Below are positions 40,035-49,598 of a DNA stretch of 64,000 nt, piece after piece. Below the pieces are notes generated by a model. It ran no database searches. It was not told the DNA's origin and saw only the letters and a list, made by a program, of their open reading frames with translations. Location: positions 608,001 to 672,000 of the forward strand of contig OZ244717.1 in the NCBI GenBank assembly GCA_965218975.1, in the 5' to 3' direction. This DNA is from Candidatus Oxydemutatoraceae bacterium (GTDB lineage: Bacteria; Pseudomonadota; Gammaproteobacteria; Poriferisulfidales; Oxydemutatoraceae). Made by a program: the position numbers and the translations under genes. How positions within the stretch are numbered: position 1 is the stretch's first letter; the number at the start of each line of letters is the position of its first letter.

Positions 40035-40403
40035 TTAGCCGTCCCGCTGCGCTTGATATTGTTCCCAAGCTGCATCGCGCAGCGCCGCCGACACCGATTG
40101 TCCGAGGCGTTCGCTCAACACATTGCTGTGCGGTTTGCCCGATTTAGTGTAAGCGTCTTCTTTGTTTATTTCGCCGGCGCCGACCGCTCGGACGAGATCG
40201 TCAATCGCTGCTATGACTGTCTTGATCGACAATTGATCGTCGGTTGCTTTATCCGATTCAATCGCTGCAAGTATGCCTTTTTCGATTAGCGGTCCGGCAT
40301 CGCGGTCCGGCATTGAGACTGTAATCGCAACACCGGGTCGCGGCCGATATACGGTACCGTTGTAGCGCACCGGCTCAAGCACAATGTAGTTCCGTTCGGA
40401 CAT
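40035..40403 (-). CDS. Hypothetical head-associated protein (Mu gp35 position)
   Basis: YIVLEPVRYNG..Y; YTKSGKP...VSAALRDAAW. Confidence 0.65.
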   Translation of the reverse strand: MSERNYIVLEPVRYNGTVYRPRPGVAITVSMPDRDAGPLIEKGILAAIESDKATDDQLSIKTVIAAIDDLVRAVGAGEINKEDAYTKSGKPHSNVLSERLGQSVSAALRDAAWEQYQAQRDG

Positions 40404-41341
40404 TACAGCGTGTCCTGAATCAGATACGCTGCGTCCTTGCCGACGATCGCATTCGCGTACGCCTTTGTTGTCGGGTACATCCACGATCGACACGCATGGT
40501 CAAAGTACGGCATCTCCACCGCCGGCATCCCGCGTAGGCGATAGCAATACCCGTAAGTCGGCAGTGCGGAATCAAACGATCCGACCCTGGTATAGGCGAC
40601 CAGCGCAATGTCGCCCCAAATATCTTCCGTGGTGCCGTCGTCTTTGACCGACACCGCATCGCCGACCAATATCATTTCGACGTCGAACAACAACTGCAGA
40701 TCCTCGCGTGTCGCGATGCCGATTTTGCTGTCGCGGATCTCTGCGCGGATCTTCGGATGTCGGCGCAGACGTGAAAATACCTTGCCGGAGACGACGAGTG
40801 TATTCGCCCGAAAGCCGGTGTTGGCGCGTACGACCTCAGTCGCCTCGACGACTTCGTTGATCGGGTCGGATGCATCATTGCTCCACTTGCTGTTGCCGGC
40901 TAAAGTTTCCTTGTTTGTTGCAGCATAGTTATCGGCCTTGGCCGCGATGGCGGCAGCCTCGCGCTCTTTCTCAAGTTCTAAAATATGCATCGCGCCTCTG
41001 ACGGCACGTTGACCGAGATCGATGCCGGGCGACATGGCCGCATCCTGCAAATGCTCAATCGGCACTTTACCGGCGATTGAGTGATCAACCAAAGCAAAGT
41101 CCTTGCCCTCGTGGCCGAACTGCACTTGTTTGACTGCGCCCCCGGGCGCACGTGCCGTATTAAACTTTTTCCAATCGGTGCGATCAAACTCAATCAACTT
41201 GCCGCCGCGGGTGGGGACGTCCACCTCGGGGAAGAGTCGATCCGCGATCAGACCTGTGAGACTGTAACCCCGTGCTACAGTCGTCAACACCGGATCAATG
41301 ACCCGTTGCTGCGCGGTGGATTGTGGGGTACCTCCTGGCAT
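40403..41341 (-). CDS. Major capsid protein
   Basis: RVIDPVLTTVARGY, FPEVDV, WSNDASDP; after protease and decoration genes. Confidence 0.9.
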   Translation of the reverse strand: MPGGTPQSTAQQRVIDPVLTTVARGYSLTGLIADRLFPEVDVPTRGGKLIEFDRTDWKKFNTARAPGGAVKQVQFGHEGKDFALVDHSIAGKVPIEHLQDAAMSPGIDLGQRAVRGAMHILELEKEREAAAIAAKADNYAATNKETLAGNSKWSNDASDPINEVVEATEVVRANTGFRANTLVVSGKVFSRLRRHPKIRAEIRDSKIGIATREDLQLLFDVEMILVGDAVSVKDDGTTEDIWGDIALVAYTRVGSFDSALPTYGYCYRLRGMPAVEMPYFDHACRSWMYPTTKAYANAIVGKDAAYLIQDTL

Positions 41342-41361
41342 AATAATTTCTCCTTTGTGAA

Positions 41362-41700
41362 TTAGTTGGTGATTAAAAGGACTTCGACTTTGGCACCGGA
41401 TGTGGCGGCGGACAGTGCTCGGGCGACAATCTTATGGGTGCCGCTATGCTTGATCGCTTTACCGTTCGCGTCCGTTCTCAGTGCGTCTCCTTTGGCAAAT
41501 GTGCCGCCGGCCTCAACCACTTCGGTACCGAGTGCGCTGACTGCGATGTCTGCACCGCTCTTGGCTGCATGTTGCGCGACGCCCAATACATTGCCTCCGG
41601 CGGATGGCGCACCACCGGTCGGCGACACAAATCTATGCGCCGCGACGTCTGCGGATAGGGTAACCGTCAGTGCGAAAATAGGGGTGGATGCTGCTGCCAT
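41362..41700 (-). CDS. Capsid decoration/cement protein (DUF2190-like)
   Basis: Gly/Ala-rich, HRFV, LGVA, VEAGG, ARAL. Confidence 0.8.
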   Translation of the reverse strand: MAAASTPIFALTVTLSADVAAHRFVSPTGGAPSAGGNVLGVAQHAAKSGADIAVSALGTEVVEAGGTFAKGDALRTDANGKAIKHSGTHKIVARALSAATSGAKVEVLLITN

Positions 41701-41715
41701 AATGTTCTCCTATGT

Positions 41716-42903
41716 TTAATGTTGTTGAACCGCTTGCGCGGCGGTCAAATAATCCGTTTTATCCGCACCGCCGTGTTGCTCCTGAAAAGACACGGCCGCC
41801 GCGTGCATTGATGCGCGCGTCGGGTCAATGCTGTACCCGTCCGGCGCGACAAATCCGGCCGTTGCCGCCGACTGTTTCTCCGGTGTCGCGACCTCACCGA
41901 AATGCACTTGGACCGGTAAACTGCCGAGGAGCGCTTTGACCGCGTCTTTTGCATTCTTGGTCACCGTGTTGCCGTCTTCGGAATACACGATCGTATCGGT
42001 TGTCTTAATGCGCTCCAGCAAATTGATTACCGTCTCTTTGTGTGCCGGTAAAACTTTGCCGGCCTTAATCAACCCTTCAACACACTCTTCCGACGAAGCG
42101 CGCGCGGCTTTTGTCTCACGTTCCTCAAGCGCTTGTTCGCGCCGCTTCAATTCTTCTTCGCGCTCACTCATATCTTTGCTCTCTATGTTTGTGGCCGGTT
42201 TTTCTGTCGTGACACGGAACGCTTTTGCAAGTTCCTCAAGCGCTTGTTCGCGCCGCTTCAATTCTTCTTCGCGCTCACTCATATCTTTGCTCTCTATGTT
42301 TGTGGCCGGTTTTTCTGTCGTGACACGGAACGCTTTTGCAAGTTCCTCAAGCGCTTTGGATACGCCCTGATTGGTTGTTAATTCATTCTCGGCAAAGTGG
42401 TCTGTTTTGCCGGTAACTTTTCGGACTGCATCGATTATTGCGTGCCCAATTCGTTCTGCAAGGTTCATGGTTTTGTCTCCTTCGGTTAATAATTCGGCAG
42501 ATAGATATTCGTCCGGGCTGTCATCGAATACGACCGGTTGCATGCCTTTGACTGCCGGCACCTCGGCGCCGAGGAAGCCGACATGCCGAAGCGCATACGA
42601 TGCCGGCGACGGGTTCGCTTTCGCGCCGGGCTTGTAAAAACTAGCTGAGATTTTTTTGTACCGCCCGGCATGAACTTCATCGGCAAATTTGCCGTCTATC
42701 TGTCGGGGGATGGCGAACAAGGAATTACCCTTACGGTACACATCCGCGATCCAGCCATACGCCGGCGCGTTGTCTTGCGGATGGCCCTTTGTAATCGGCG
42801 CCTCGTGTTTTCGTGCGTCGTAGTTTTGCGCGATCGCATCCAGCTGCGCGATGCCGATCTCCGATGCGTGCCGGCCTGCGCGGAATATCTCTATCGGTTT
42901 CAT
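41716..42903 (-). CDS. Prohead protease/scaffold (Mu gp32/I)
   Basis: IEIFRAG, APITKGHP..PAYGW, YKKISASF, LRHVGFLGA..PAVKG; internal 37-aa duplication. Confidence 0.9.
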   Translation of the reverse strand: MKPIEIFRAGRHASEIGIAQLDAIAQNYDARKHEAPITKGHPQDNAPAYGWIADVYRKGNSLFAIPRQIDGKFADEVHAGRYKKISASFYKPGAKANPSPASYALRHVGFLGAEVPAVKGMQPVVFDDSPDEYLSAELLTEGDKTMNLAERIGHAIIDAVRKVTGKTDHFAENELTTNQGVSKALEELAKAFRVTTEKPATNIESKDMSEREEELKRREQALEELAKAFRVTTEKPATNIESKDMSEREEELKRREQALEERETKAARASSEECVEGLIKAGKVLPAHKETVINLLERIKTTDTIVYSEDGNTVTKNAKDAVKALLGSLPVQVHFGEVATPEKQSAATAGFVAPDGYSIDPTRASMHAAAVSFQEQHGGADKTDYLTAAQAVQQH

Positions 42904-42958
42904 GCGGGCAATTATTGCCGCCGCCGGTTGATATGTTCAGTAAAAATATTTTCCTGTT
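42904..42958 (-). promoter_or_regulatory. Putative late promoter for the head operon (activator dyad plus -10)
   Basis: ttcagtaaaaatattttcctgtt at 42936-42958, 22/23 identical to the site before the endolysin gene, at nearly the same spacing. Confidence 0.7.
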
Positions 42959-43237
42959 AGAGGAGATAGTAAACCCTATCCGCCGCCTCGTTCGGCGCTG
43001 TACGGGCGTCAATTTAAGCCGTTTTTCCGCAGATTCGGCTAGATTTGATAAAAAAGCGCCGGAAACAGTCAGAGGTGTATTGCGCAACCCCTATTAAAAC
43101 CCTATTAAGACCCCTATTAAGCTTATTAAATTTTTTTAAATGTGGTTATACACGTCTGCACTCCGAAACGGCGCAAAATGCGCCTTATTTTGGCTCGGCG
43201 GTCGGCCCCGGGGCGCGGGTCCTCGCAAGTCATGCCT

Positions 43238-43723
43238 CTAGCTGATGCCGGGTGTGAGGTGCGCCGTCAGAATCTCAATAATCTCATCGCGTCCTTCGTC
43301 GGACAGTCCGAGGAAAGAACGGGCCGGAATGTCGCCCCACGGAATCGGCGCGCCGCGTTTGGTAGTGCCGAATTGACCTTTCTTCGCGCCGAACTGATGG
43401 GTGGCCGCATAAATGACATTCGTGCCGGCCTGCGCAAAGTCCGATCCATGCGCAGCCACAATACTTTGTGCCAATCTGCCGGTCTGTTGCAATATTTTGC
43501 CCGTGCCGCGGCCGCTCTTTTGTCGTCGGGCGATTGTGACTGAACTTAACTTCGCCCAAGCCGTGCCGTCGGGTGCTTGCTCTTTGTCGAAAGACTCCTC
43601 AACCACATCCGCCAGCACGCCGGAGATCGCATCCATTGCCGGTGATAGATCATCACCGCGCTTGACCAATCGATTCAACAGCCGGCGTAACTGTTGATCT
43701 TGCAATTTAATTTTGATGTCCAT
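43238..43723 (-). CDS. Virion morphogenesis protein (Mu gp31/G)
   Basis: PDGTAWAKLS, ILQQTGRLAQSI, YAATHQFG, IPARSFLGLS. Confidence 0.92.
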   Translation of the reverse strand: MDIKIKLQDQQLRRLLNRLVKRGDDLSPAMDAISGVLADVVEESFDKEQAPDGTAWAKLSSVTIARRQKSGRGTGKILQQTGRLAQSIVAAHGSDFAQAGTNVIYAATHQFGAKKGQFGTTKRGAPIPWGDIPARSFLGLSDEGRDEIIEILTAHLTPGIS

Positions 43724-43741
43724 TTATGGTATTATTTTAAG

Positions 43742-43845
43742 CGGGTGATGTGGCGCTTGGTTGGTTTTGCCCCAGGGCTGATAACCATCCAAGCCGGAAG
43801 TATCCTATCCTGGGCGTAGCAAGGCTGGTTCGATCGCATCACCCA
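43742..43845 (+). ncRNA. Candidate structured small RNA convergent with muF
   Basis: Extended -10 TGgTATTAT (43727-43735); closing stem 43743-53/43834-44; hairpin 43755-66/43783-94; loop cccagg complementary to cctggg (43809-14); prediction only. Confidence 0.5.
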
Positions 43846-45194
43846 CCTGCTTTCTTATAGAGTAGAGCCCCACGCCGATGACGATCAAAGTATCGGGCAG
43901 AGCTCGGAAACGTTGTCCAAAGTAAAGTGCCGTCGGTGTTCTCGCGCACGATTGCTAAAAAGTTTTTCCCTTTGTCCGACCGAAACATTTTAAAGTAGCG
44001 TTTACGGAAATATCCGTTCTGATATTCGCTTAGCCAGATTTCATCGGGTGTTCGCAATGTTAGTGATATAAACTTGCTAAACTGCTCTCTTCTAACACTA
44101 CGATCTTCAATAATATGGCTGAGTAAATCCTCGTGTATTTCTACCACCTCAATCGGCGTGGTAACCACACGATGATCTTGCTCACCGAGCAACTCGCGTT
44201 TGAGCGTTCTGCGCGCATCTGCGACCGACTTATCTTTAGGCAGCATCGCCGGTGCCGGCGGCAAGTCTGTGCGTTCGGCAAGGTCTCTAGCAGACGGTAA
44301 ACCGTAATCCTTAAATGTCTTTTGATCGGGCTTCAGCAACGCAACCTTCCTGCCGCCGGCGCTGCCGATCGCATCCGGCAGCTGTCCTTCGAGGTCGTAG
44401 ATCGGTCTCGCCCGGCCCGGGTTGTAACCGAAGCCCGCATCCGGCGCAAACATCACTTGCCTGCCGGTTGCATCTTTGCCGACATAGCGTACCGCCGGCT
44501 CGGTGATGACTTCACCGGTCGTCTTATCAACCGCAGCTTGTTGCTCAAACTTTTTCAGTTTCCCTTTGCTGCTCTCAACTTTCAGGCCGCGCCTGTTTAA
44601 TGCGTTGTCGCTCAACGTGCGCACCCGGCAACGACAGTTCCAGCCGTTCGGCGGGTAGATCGTATCCCAGATCGGATCGTCGTGGCGAAATACCTTGCCG
44701 TGCAACGCGCGGTGGTGGTCGCGCGTGCGCCCGTCCAGCACCGCGACATACTGCCAGTAGGGCCGTGCGCCGATTGCAAGCTTTGCTTGCCGCGCCTGTT
44801 CGCGGTAACGCCCGGCGTTATATGCCGATGCCAGATTCTGCCGAAAGATCGTTTTCAAACGGTGGTGCGAACCTAACTGCACGAGTTGCGCCGTGCCGTC
44901 CGGGCCTTCTTTGACGTGCTTACCCCACCAGCCTAACTTGCGCAGACGCGGTTCAAGTTCATCGGCAAATTGTTTGAGTGTGATGCCTTCGGTGATTGCA
45001 CGGTCCGCCGATTGGCGGATCGTGCGCAGCACTTCAAGTTTGGTCGCCTTCGCGACAGTGAAAGCCTGCGCGTGTGATTGCTGCCACACATCATGCCAAT
45101 CCCAGCTGATCGCATAGCCTTTGCTCCTGAAATACGCAATCGCTTGCGCCGGCGGCTGCCGGACCGCAAACCCGAGGTCAACCGCCTCGGGCAT
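43839..45194 (-). CDS. MuF (gp30) minor head protein with C-terminal PBECR-like nuclease domain
   Basis: AFTVAK, YWQYVAVLDGRTR, PPNGWNCRCRV; C-terminus H..EDR..REQF...TLRTPDEIW...RKRYFK...WTTF...RRGALLY. Confidence 0.85.
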   Translation of the reverse strand: MPEAVDLGFAVRQPPAQAIAYFRSKGYAISWDWHDVWQQSHAQAFTVAKATKLEVLRTIRQSADRAITEGITLKQFADELEPRLRKLGWWGKHVKEGPDGTAQLVQLGSHHRLKTIFRQNLASAYNAGRYREQARQAKLAIGARPYWQYVAVLDGRTRDHHRALHGKVFRHDDPIWDTIYPPNGWNCRCRVRTLSDNALNRRGLKVESSKGKLKKFEQQAAVDKTTGEVITEPAVRYVGKDATGRQVMFAPDAGFGYNPGRARPIYDLEGQLPDAIGSAGGRKVALLKPDQKTFKDYGLPSARDLAERTDLPPAPAMLPKDKSVADARRTLKRELLGEQDHRVVTTPIEVVEIHEDLLSHIIEDRSVRREQFSKFISLTLRTPDEIWLSEYQNGYFRKRYFKMFRSDKGKNFLAIVRENTDGTLLWTTFPSSARYFDRHRRGALLYKKAGG

Positions 45195-46608
45195 TCAGCC
45201 GCCCCCATGTCTCGGCGACAAAGATGATCCGCGCAAGCGTGTCTTGCAGTACCGTTTCGTCCATGTCCGGGTAACGTTCGGCGATCGCGCCGAGAAGGAC
45301 CGTCGGGTCATGCTCTATTTGAGCGATCAGCGATCGCATCAATTGTTCGGATATGTTTTGCAGATTGCCCTCATTAATCGAATCCAAAATCTGCTCAAAT
45401 TCGGCAAAGTGTAATGATGGATTATCATCCGGCGCGTTGTCAGCTAACGGCGGTGTGCCTATATCCTCGACCTCAACCCCGTAATTATCTTCGATGTATT
45501 GCCGGGTCGGACGATAGCCCATATCGAACAAAATCTTGTCGCGTTCGGCGCGCTCTTTCGCTGTGCCGGCCTCAAACACACGCATGACTTTCGGTATTGC
45601 CGCGCCGGGAAAATTCCACTCTGTCAGCCAACGTGCCACCGAGCGCGTGAACGAGTCGTCAATCAAGTGTGCGTCGGCCGTCACTTTCTCCTCGCGCACT
45701 GCATAATGCACTTCCGCCTGACTTCGGCTTGAGCCCGCGTCGGTCGTCATCGTTTGACCGACGACTACTTTGGCGATCGCTGCATCAATGACTTGATGGA
45801 AGCCGCCGTACTCCGGTCGCCCGGGCCGTGACGCCTCCAACAACTCCAGGCTCATACCTTCGGGGATAATCACCGCGCTGTCGCTGCGTAATCTGCCGGC
45901 AGCTTCAAGCAGCTTGTTTTGGTCGGCTTCGGGAGTCCCGGCCGGGTACCTGCCGACCGCCGAAGGCCCGCCGAACTTATCCAAAAACTTCAGCCAAAAC
46001 CGCATGCCGTTGCGCTTGAAGAATACCGGCCAATATAAATAGTGTCCAAGTCCGATCCCGTACGGTTCGTCGTCGTGTGTCGCGCCGGTCGCAATGTGCC
46101 AAAATTTTTTCTCCGGCAGCGCTTCGCCGTCCGGTTTGTGCGTAGTTAATAACTTGAGATTAAACTGCGGGTCAAAACCGAACCGTGCGTGATTGCGCAC
46201 CCTGATCTCATCCAAGACGATGGTGCGACCGTCTCTTTGCCACAGGCATTCCGCAACCGCATAGCCGTAGAAGATCGCATACCACATGCGCTCGCATACC
46301 GTGTCCCAGCGCACATGCCGCAATATCTCGCGGATAAAATCGGCCGCGGCCTTGTCGCGGCGCATCTTACCGCCCGGCGTCACTTCCCAGGCGCGCGCAA
46401 TCAATGCGAGACGTCGTTGCGTGGCGGTGGAATACACTTGGTCGTCCGAGAGTAAATCACGATATGCCTCGTGTCCGAACCACGTGCCATACCGATACCG
46501 CAACACCGGGTCGGTCGGCGGCAACAACGGTAGATAATCCACATAACCGCGTGTGATGTCGCGCCCGTCAAGCGTCGTTGCGATGACCTCAAATGCACGC
46601 TTGTCCAT
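45178..46608 (-). CDS. Portal protein (Mu gp29, DUF935)
   Basis: PYGIGL, WLKFLDKFGGP, IAKVVVGQTMTT, SQAEVH. Confidence 0.93.
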   Translation of the reverse strand: MDKRAFEVIATTLDGRDITRGYVDYLPLLPPTDPVLRYRYGTWFGHEAYRDLLSDDQVYSTATQRRLALIARAWEVTPGGKMRRDKAAADFIREILRHVRWDTVCERMWYAIFYGYAVAECLWQRDGRTIVLDEIRVRNHARFGFDPQFNLKLLTTHKPDGEALPEKKFWHIATGATHDDEPYGIGLGHYLYWPVFFKRNGMRFWLKFLDKFGGPSAVGRYPAGTPEADQNKLLEAAGRLRSDSAVIIPEGMSLELLEASRPGRPEYGGFHQVIDAAIAKVVVGQTMTTDAGSSRSQAEVHYAVREEKVTADAHLIDDSFTRSVARWLTEWNFPGAAIPKVMRVFEAGTAKERAERDKILFDMGYRPTRQYIEDNYGVEVEDIGTPPLADNAPDDNPSLHFAEFEQILDSINEGNLQNISEQLMRSLIAQIEHDPTVLLGAIAERYPDMDETVLQDTLARIIFVAETWGRLNARGG

Positions 46609-47978
46609 TACATGTATCCGCTGTAGTCTTGCCCTGCGCCGAAGCCGATCAAGCCGCTATCGACATTCGCCGGGACCGACTTAAACTCAATCGGCACGAC
46701 TGGATTGCTCGCCGCATGAATCGCCAGTGCATGCGCCCAGAACTCGTCGGCGTGTCCGGTCTCGGAGCGGTCGGCATCAAAGCGTGGATTGCCGGCGCTC
46801 GTCATCACACGCTTGACCGCATGATGGCTGTTGCGAATGTCGGTGTCGGCGGGCAGGCGAATTAAATCGTCTTCAAATGCCGTTTTAATTCCGGTTGCAA
46901 GGTCTAACTTTGTCGGGCCGGAAAACAATACGCCTTCCACGCGATAGGCGCCGAAACGTGTTTGCAAGTCCTCAGCTAATGCCTCGCCCATGCCGGTCTG
47001 GTCAACGCAAGCACGCGCAACTTTATATCGCTTCATTACCCGCTCAAACTCCGCTCTTTGATAAGCGAACCGTGCACGCTTCAGCCTCACCACTTCGCGC
47101 GTCCATAGCTTGCCTGCATGATTTTCCAACACCCATATCACGGTCAGGTCACGCCGGCGCGCAATGTCCATTCCGACCCAGCAGGTATTGCCGCGGTACA
47201 ACTCCGGCCTACCGGCATCGTCCGCCTCGCAGCCGCTGATCAGATTCCAGGTGAGCCACGCGCTCGCCGCATCTATCGGCACACACATATATTCTTGTCG
47301 GAATAAATCTTCATCGCCAGCCGTCTCGCGACATTGCGCGACGAACGCCTCACGCCCGGCAGCGGGTAATTTTTTCCCGGCAATCTTGTCGGCCAGCCCG
47401 TCGGCGACCGCCTGCGTGATCGGTGTGCTGTGTAACGACCATCCGCTTTTGGCGCGCTTGGCATCTTCCACCAACCGATAATAACGATTGCCTTTCCCGT
47501 TGTAGGTGCTTAATACCCGAATCGGGTAACCCCAAGTGATGACCGGTACCGCCGCTCGCCACAACTCATCGGCATTGTCATGAAAAGCAAATTCATCCAA
47601 CACGACTTTGCCGCCTTTGGATCGAAAGCCGCGCGGATTAGAAGATAAACCATGTATGCGCTTGCCGTTGGCAAGTTCGATTACCAATGCTTTAATGTCT
47701 TTGTCCCGGTCTAACACCACCTCTCCTAACTCATGTGCTGCAATGTTCAATAGGCGCGCCCACTGTGCGCAGTACAAAATGTACTCTTTGGCGGCGCTCG
47801 CATCGGCAGACGAAAACCACACATCCATGCCCTTGTTGGTAGCCGCGTCGCGCACGTCCTCATAGGCTTGTACGTAGGTCGCACCGATGCGCCGCGACTT
47901 CTCCCATATTTTCATTCGCGAGCGGTCCTTGAGCCAATGCTCTTGGTAGGGTAGAAAATACTTTGCCTCTCTCTTCAC
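46608..47978 (-). CDS. Terminase large subunit (Mu gp28)
   Basis: EKSRRIGAT, VVLDEFAF, STYNG, GMDIARRRD, DQTGMG, HADEFWA. Confidence 0.95.
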   Translation of the reverse strand: MKREAKYFLPYQEHWLKDRSRMKIWEKSRRIGATYVQAYEDVRDAATNKGMDVWFSSADASAAKEYILYCAQWARLLNIAAHELGEVVLDRDKDIKALVIELANGKRIHGLSSNPRGFRSKGGKVVLDEFAFHDNADELWRAAVPVITWGYPIRVLSTYNGKGNRYYRLVEDAKRAKSGWSLHSTPITQAVADGLADKIAGKKLPAAGREAFVAQCRETAGDEDLFRQEYMCVPIDAASAWLTWNLISGCEADDAGRPELYRGNTCWVGMDIARRRDLTVIWVLENHAGKLWTREVVRLKRARFAYQRAEFERVMKRYKVARACVDQTGMGEALAEDLQTRFGAYRVEGVLFSGPTKLDLATGIKTAFEDDLIRLPADTDIRNSHHAVKRVMTSAGNPRFDADRSETGHADEFWAHALAIHAASNPVVPIEFKSVPANVDSGLIGFGAGQDYSGYM

Positions 47979-48523
47979 GACAGCCCCAACACCTGTTGCT
48001 CGATCGTCTTTAACGTCTGCTCGCTGACGCCTGCTTTGCGACCGCTGTCCTTGACTGCATCCGCTGCTTCTTTTTTCACTAGGTCGCGAATCTCTTGCTC
48101 CCGCCTAAGACTAATCGTCGAGGCCTGCTCCAATCGATGGATCGCGGTGGCAATCTCGCGCAGCGCCTTCGGTGCCGGCGGCTGACTATCCGCCCCGATC
48201 TTCGTTGCGACCTCAAATGCCAACATGCGCACGATCTCATTCAGCAGATGCCCGATTTCTCCCTCCGGCACCGCCCCCAACTTGTCCAACCACATCTTCG
48301 CTAGTTCGCGCGACTCGCGTAATTTCTTGCCGACCGTTTCCATCCGCGCCGCATGTCGTTGCACTGCGGATTTGCTGACGCGAATATCCAGCCCTGCCTG
48401 CTCGAGCAACCGGTTCAGCTGATCGGTCACCTGTTGTTGCGTTGTCGTACGATCGCGCAGCCACGCATTCAATTGGTCGCGTAGGTTCTCCGGTAATTGT
48501 TTGATCGACGACGGGTAGGGCAC
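47975..48523 (-). CDS. Terminase small subunit-like protein (Mu gp27, DUF3486)
   Basis: SSIKQLP, VSKSAVQRH; position before large terminase. Confidence 0.85.
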   Translation of the reverse strand: MPYPSSIKQLPENLRDQLNAWLRDRTTTQQQVTDQLNRLLEQAGLDIRVSKSAVQRHAARMETVGKKLRESRELAKMWLDKLGAVPEGEIGHLLNEIVRMLAFEVATKIGADSQPPAPKALREIATAIHRLEQASTISLRREQEIRDLVKKEAADAVKDSGRKAGVSEQTLKTIEQQVLGLS

Positions 48524-48525
48524 AC

Positions 48526-48822
48526 TTAATTCGGTCGTGGTTGCGCGATACCCGGAATACTCACCGCGCCTCCGGCAACATCCATACCGCGCCGCGTAAT
48601 TTGCGCGACATATAAATCGCCGTGCTTAATCAGGCGCACCATCCCTTGTTCCGCAAGCCAAGTCAATTCGGTGCGCAGTTTGTCCGCGCTGATCGTGTGT
48701 CCGGCTTCGACGAGCACGAGGAGCAGCACGTCCTCGTTGTGGCTATATGCGGAATCGGCTTGCAGTGCGGATAAAATTCTTAACCTTTGGTCTTCGGTGA
48801 CCAATGCGGGGTAGTCATTCAT
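48526..48822 (-). CDS. Mu gp26-like winged-helix protein
   Basis: EDQRLRIL, ELTWLAEQG, ITRRGMDVA..PGI..P. Confidence 0.8.
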   Translation of the reverse strand: MNDYPALVTEDQRLRILSALQADSAYSHNEDVLLLVLVEAGHTISADKLRTELTWLAEQGMVRLIKHGDLYVAQITRRGMDVAGGAVSIPGIAQPRPN

Positions 48823-49144
48823 TGAGTTCTTTGTGATGCAGTAAGTTGGTGATGTTTTGATTGCCTTGGAACTGCCCCTCGAGCCGTTTAAGCTCGGCGA
48901 GCACGTCGGTGATGCGTGAGTGCAAAGTCTCGATGTCTTTCTTTGTCGGCGCCGTGGCCGCTTGCACTTCTATACGCTTCTCTAGGTTGCCGTGGGCGCG
49001 GCGCAGTGTCTGAATCTCCTCACGGTTCGCCGTGGTGCGCCGCGCGACGAACGCATAAACAATCCCGACGACCAGCACGACCGATTGAGTCACATCCAGC
49101 CCGAATTTCCACCACGACGGGTTATGCAGAAACTCCAACTCCAT
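48815..49144 (-). CDS. Membrane-anchored coiled-coil protein (DUF2730-like)
   Basis: N-terminal TM, coiled coil, APTKKDI; Mu-like position. Confidence 0.7.
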   Translation of the reverse strand: MELEFLHNPSWWKFGLDVTQSVVLVVGIVYAFVARRTTANREEIQTLRRAHGNLEKRIEVQAATAPTKKDIETLHSRITDVLAELKRLEGQFQGNQNITNLLHHKELNE

Positions 49145-49581
49145 CAGTCTTTTGTGCCTTTACACAACTGCTTGATCCCGTTCATCAGGGCGTTAGGCGT
49201 GGCGCCCATATCTTTCAATGTCGCAATCCCCCAAATGCCACCGGTGATCGCATAGTAGATGCGCATCCAACCCTCAGGCACCGCATTAAAATTCTTCCAC
49301 ATCAGCGCGACCGCCTCATTGCCGCCGAAAAAGGGCGCGGCGACGGTGAAAATAATCGGCAGTGCAAACAGCGAAAACGACGCCCATTTCAACCCGATGC
49401 TTGATTGACGCAATGCAGCCATCTCCCACTCGTGGTTTGCTTCGGATTGACTCTGCATCAGACGCGCCCGATTGTTGATTTCGGACATCTGTAAATTGTG
49501 CTTGGCTTTGGACTTCTCGGCTTTGTTGTGTAGCCACTGTTTGCCCACGCCGCTGACGGCGCTGATTATTGTCCCGATCAT
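49144..49581 (-). CDS. Putative holin
   Basis: Two to three TM segments; directly after endolysin. Confidence 0.65.
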   Translation of the reverse strand: MIGTIISAVSGVGKQWLHNKAEKSKAKHNLQMSEINNRARLMQSQSEANHEWEMAALRQSSIGLKWASFSLFALPIIFTVAAPFFGGNEAVALMWKNFNAVPEGWMRIYYAITGGIWGIATLKDMGATPNALMNGIKQLCKGTKD

Positions 49582-49598
49582 ATTACCTCTTTAACTCG

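Noticed and set aside
43742-43845. Hammerhead ribozyme, tRNA or simple terminator
   Set aside because: CUGAUAA and GGAAG do not match the CUGANGA/GAAA core; no cloverleaf; no U tract after a single hairpin.
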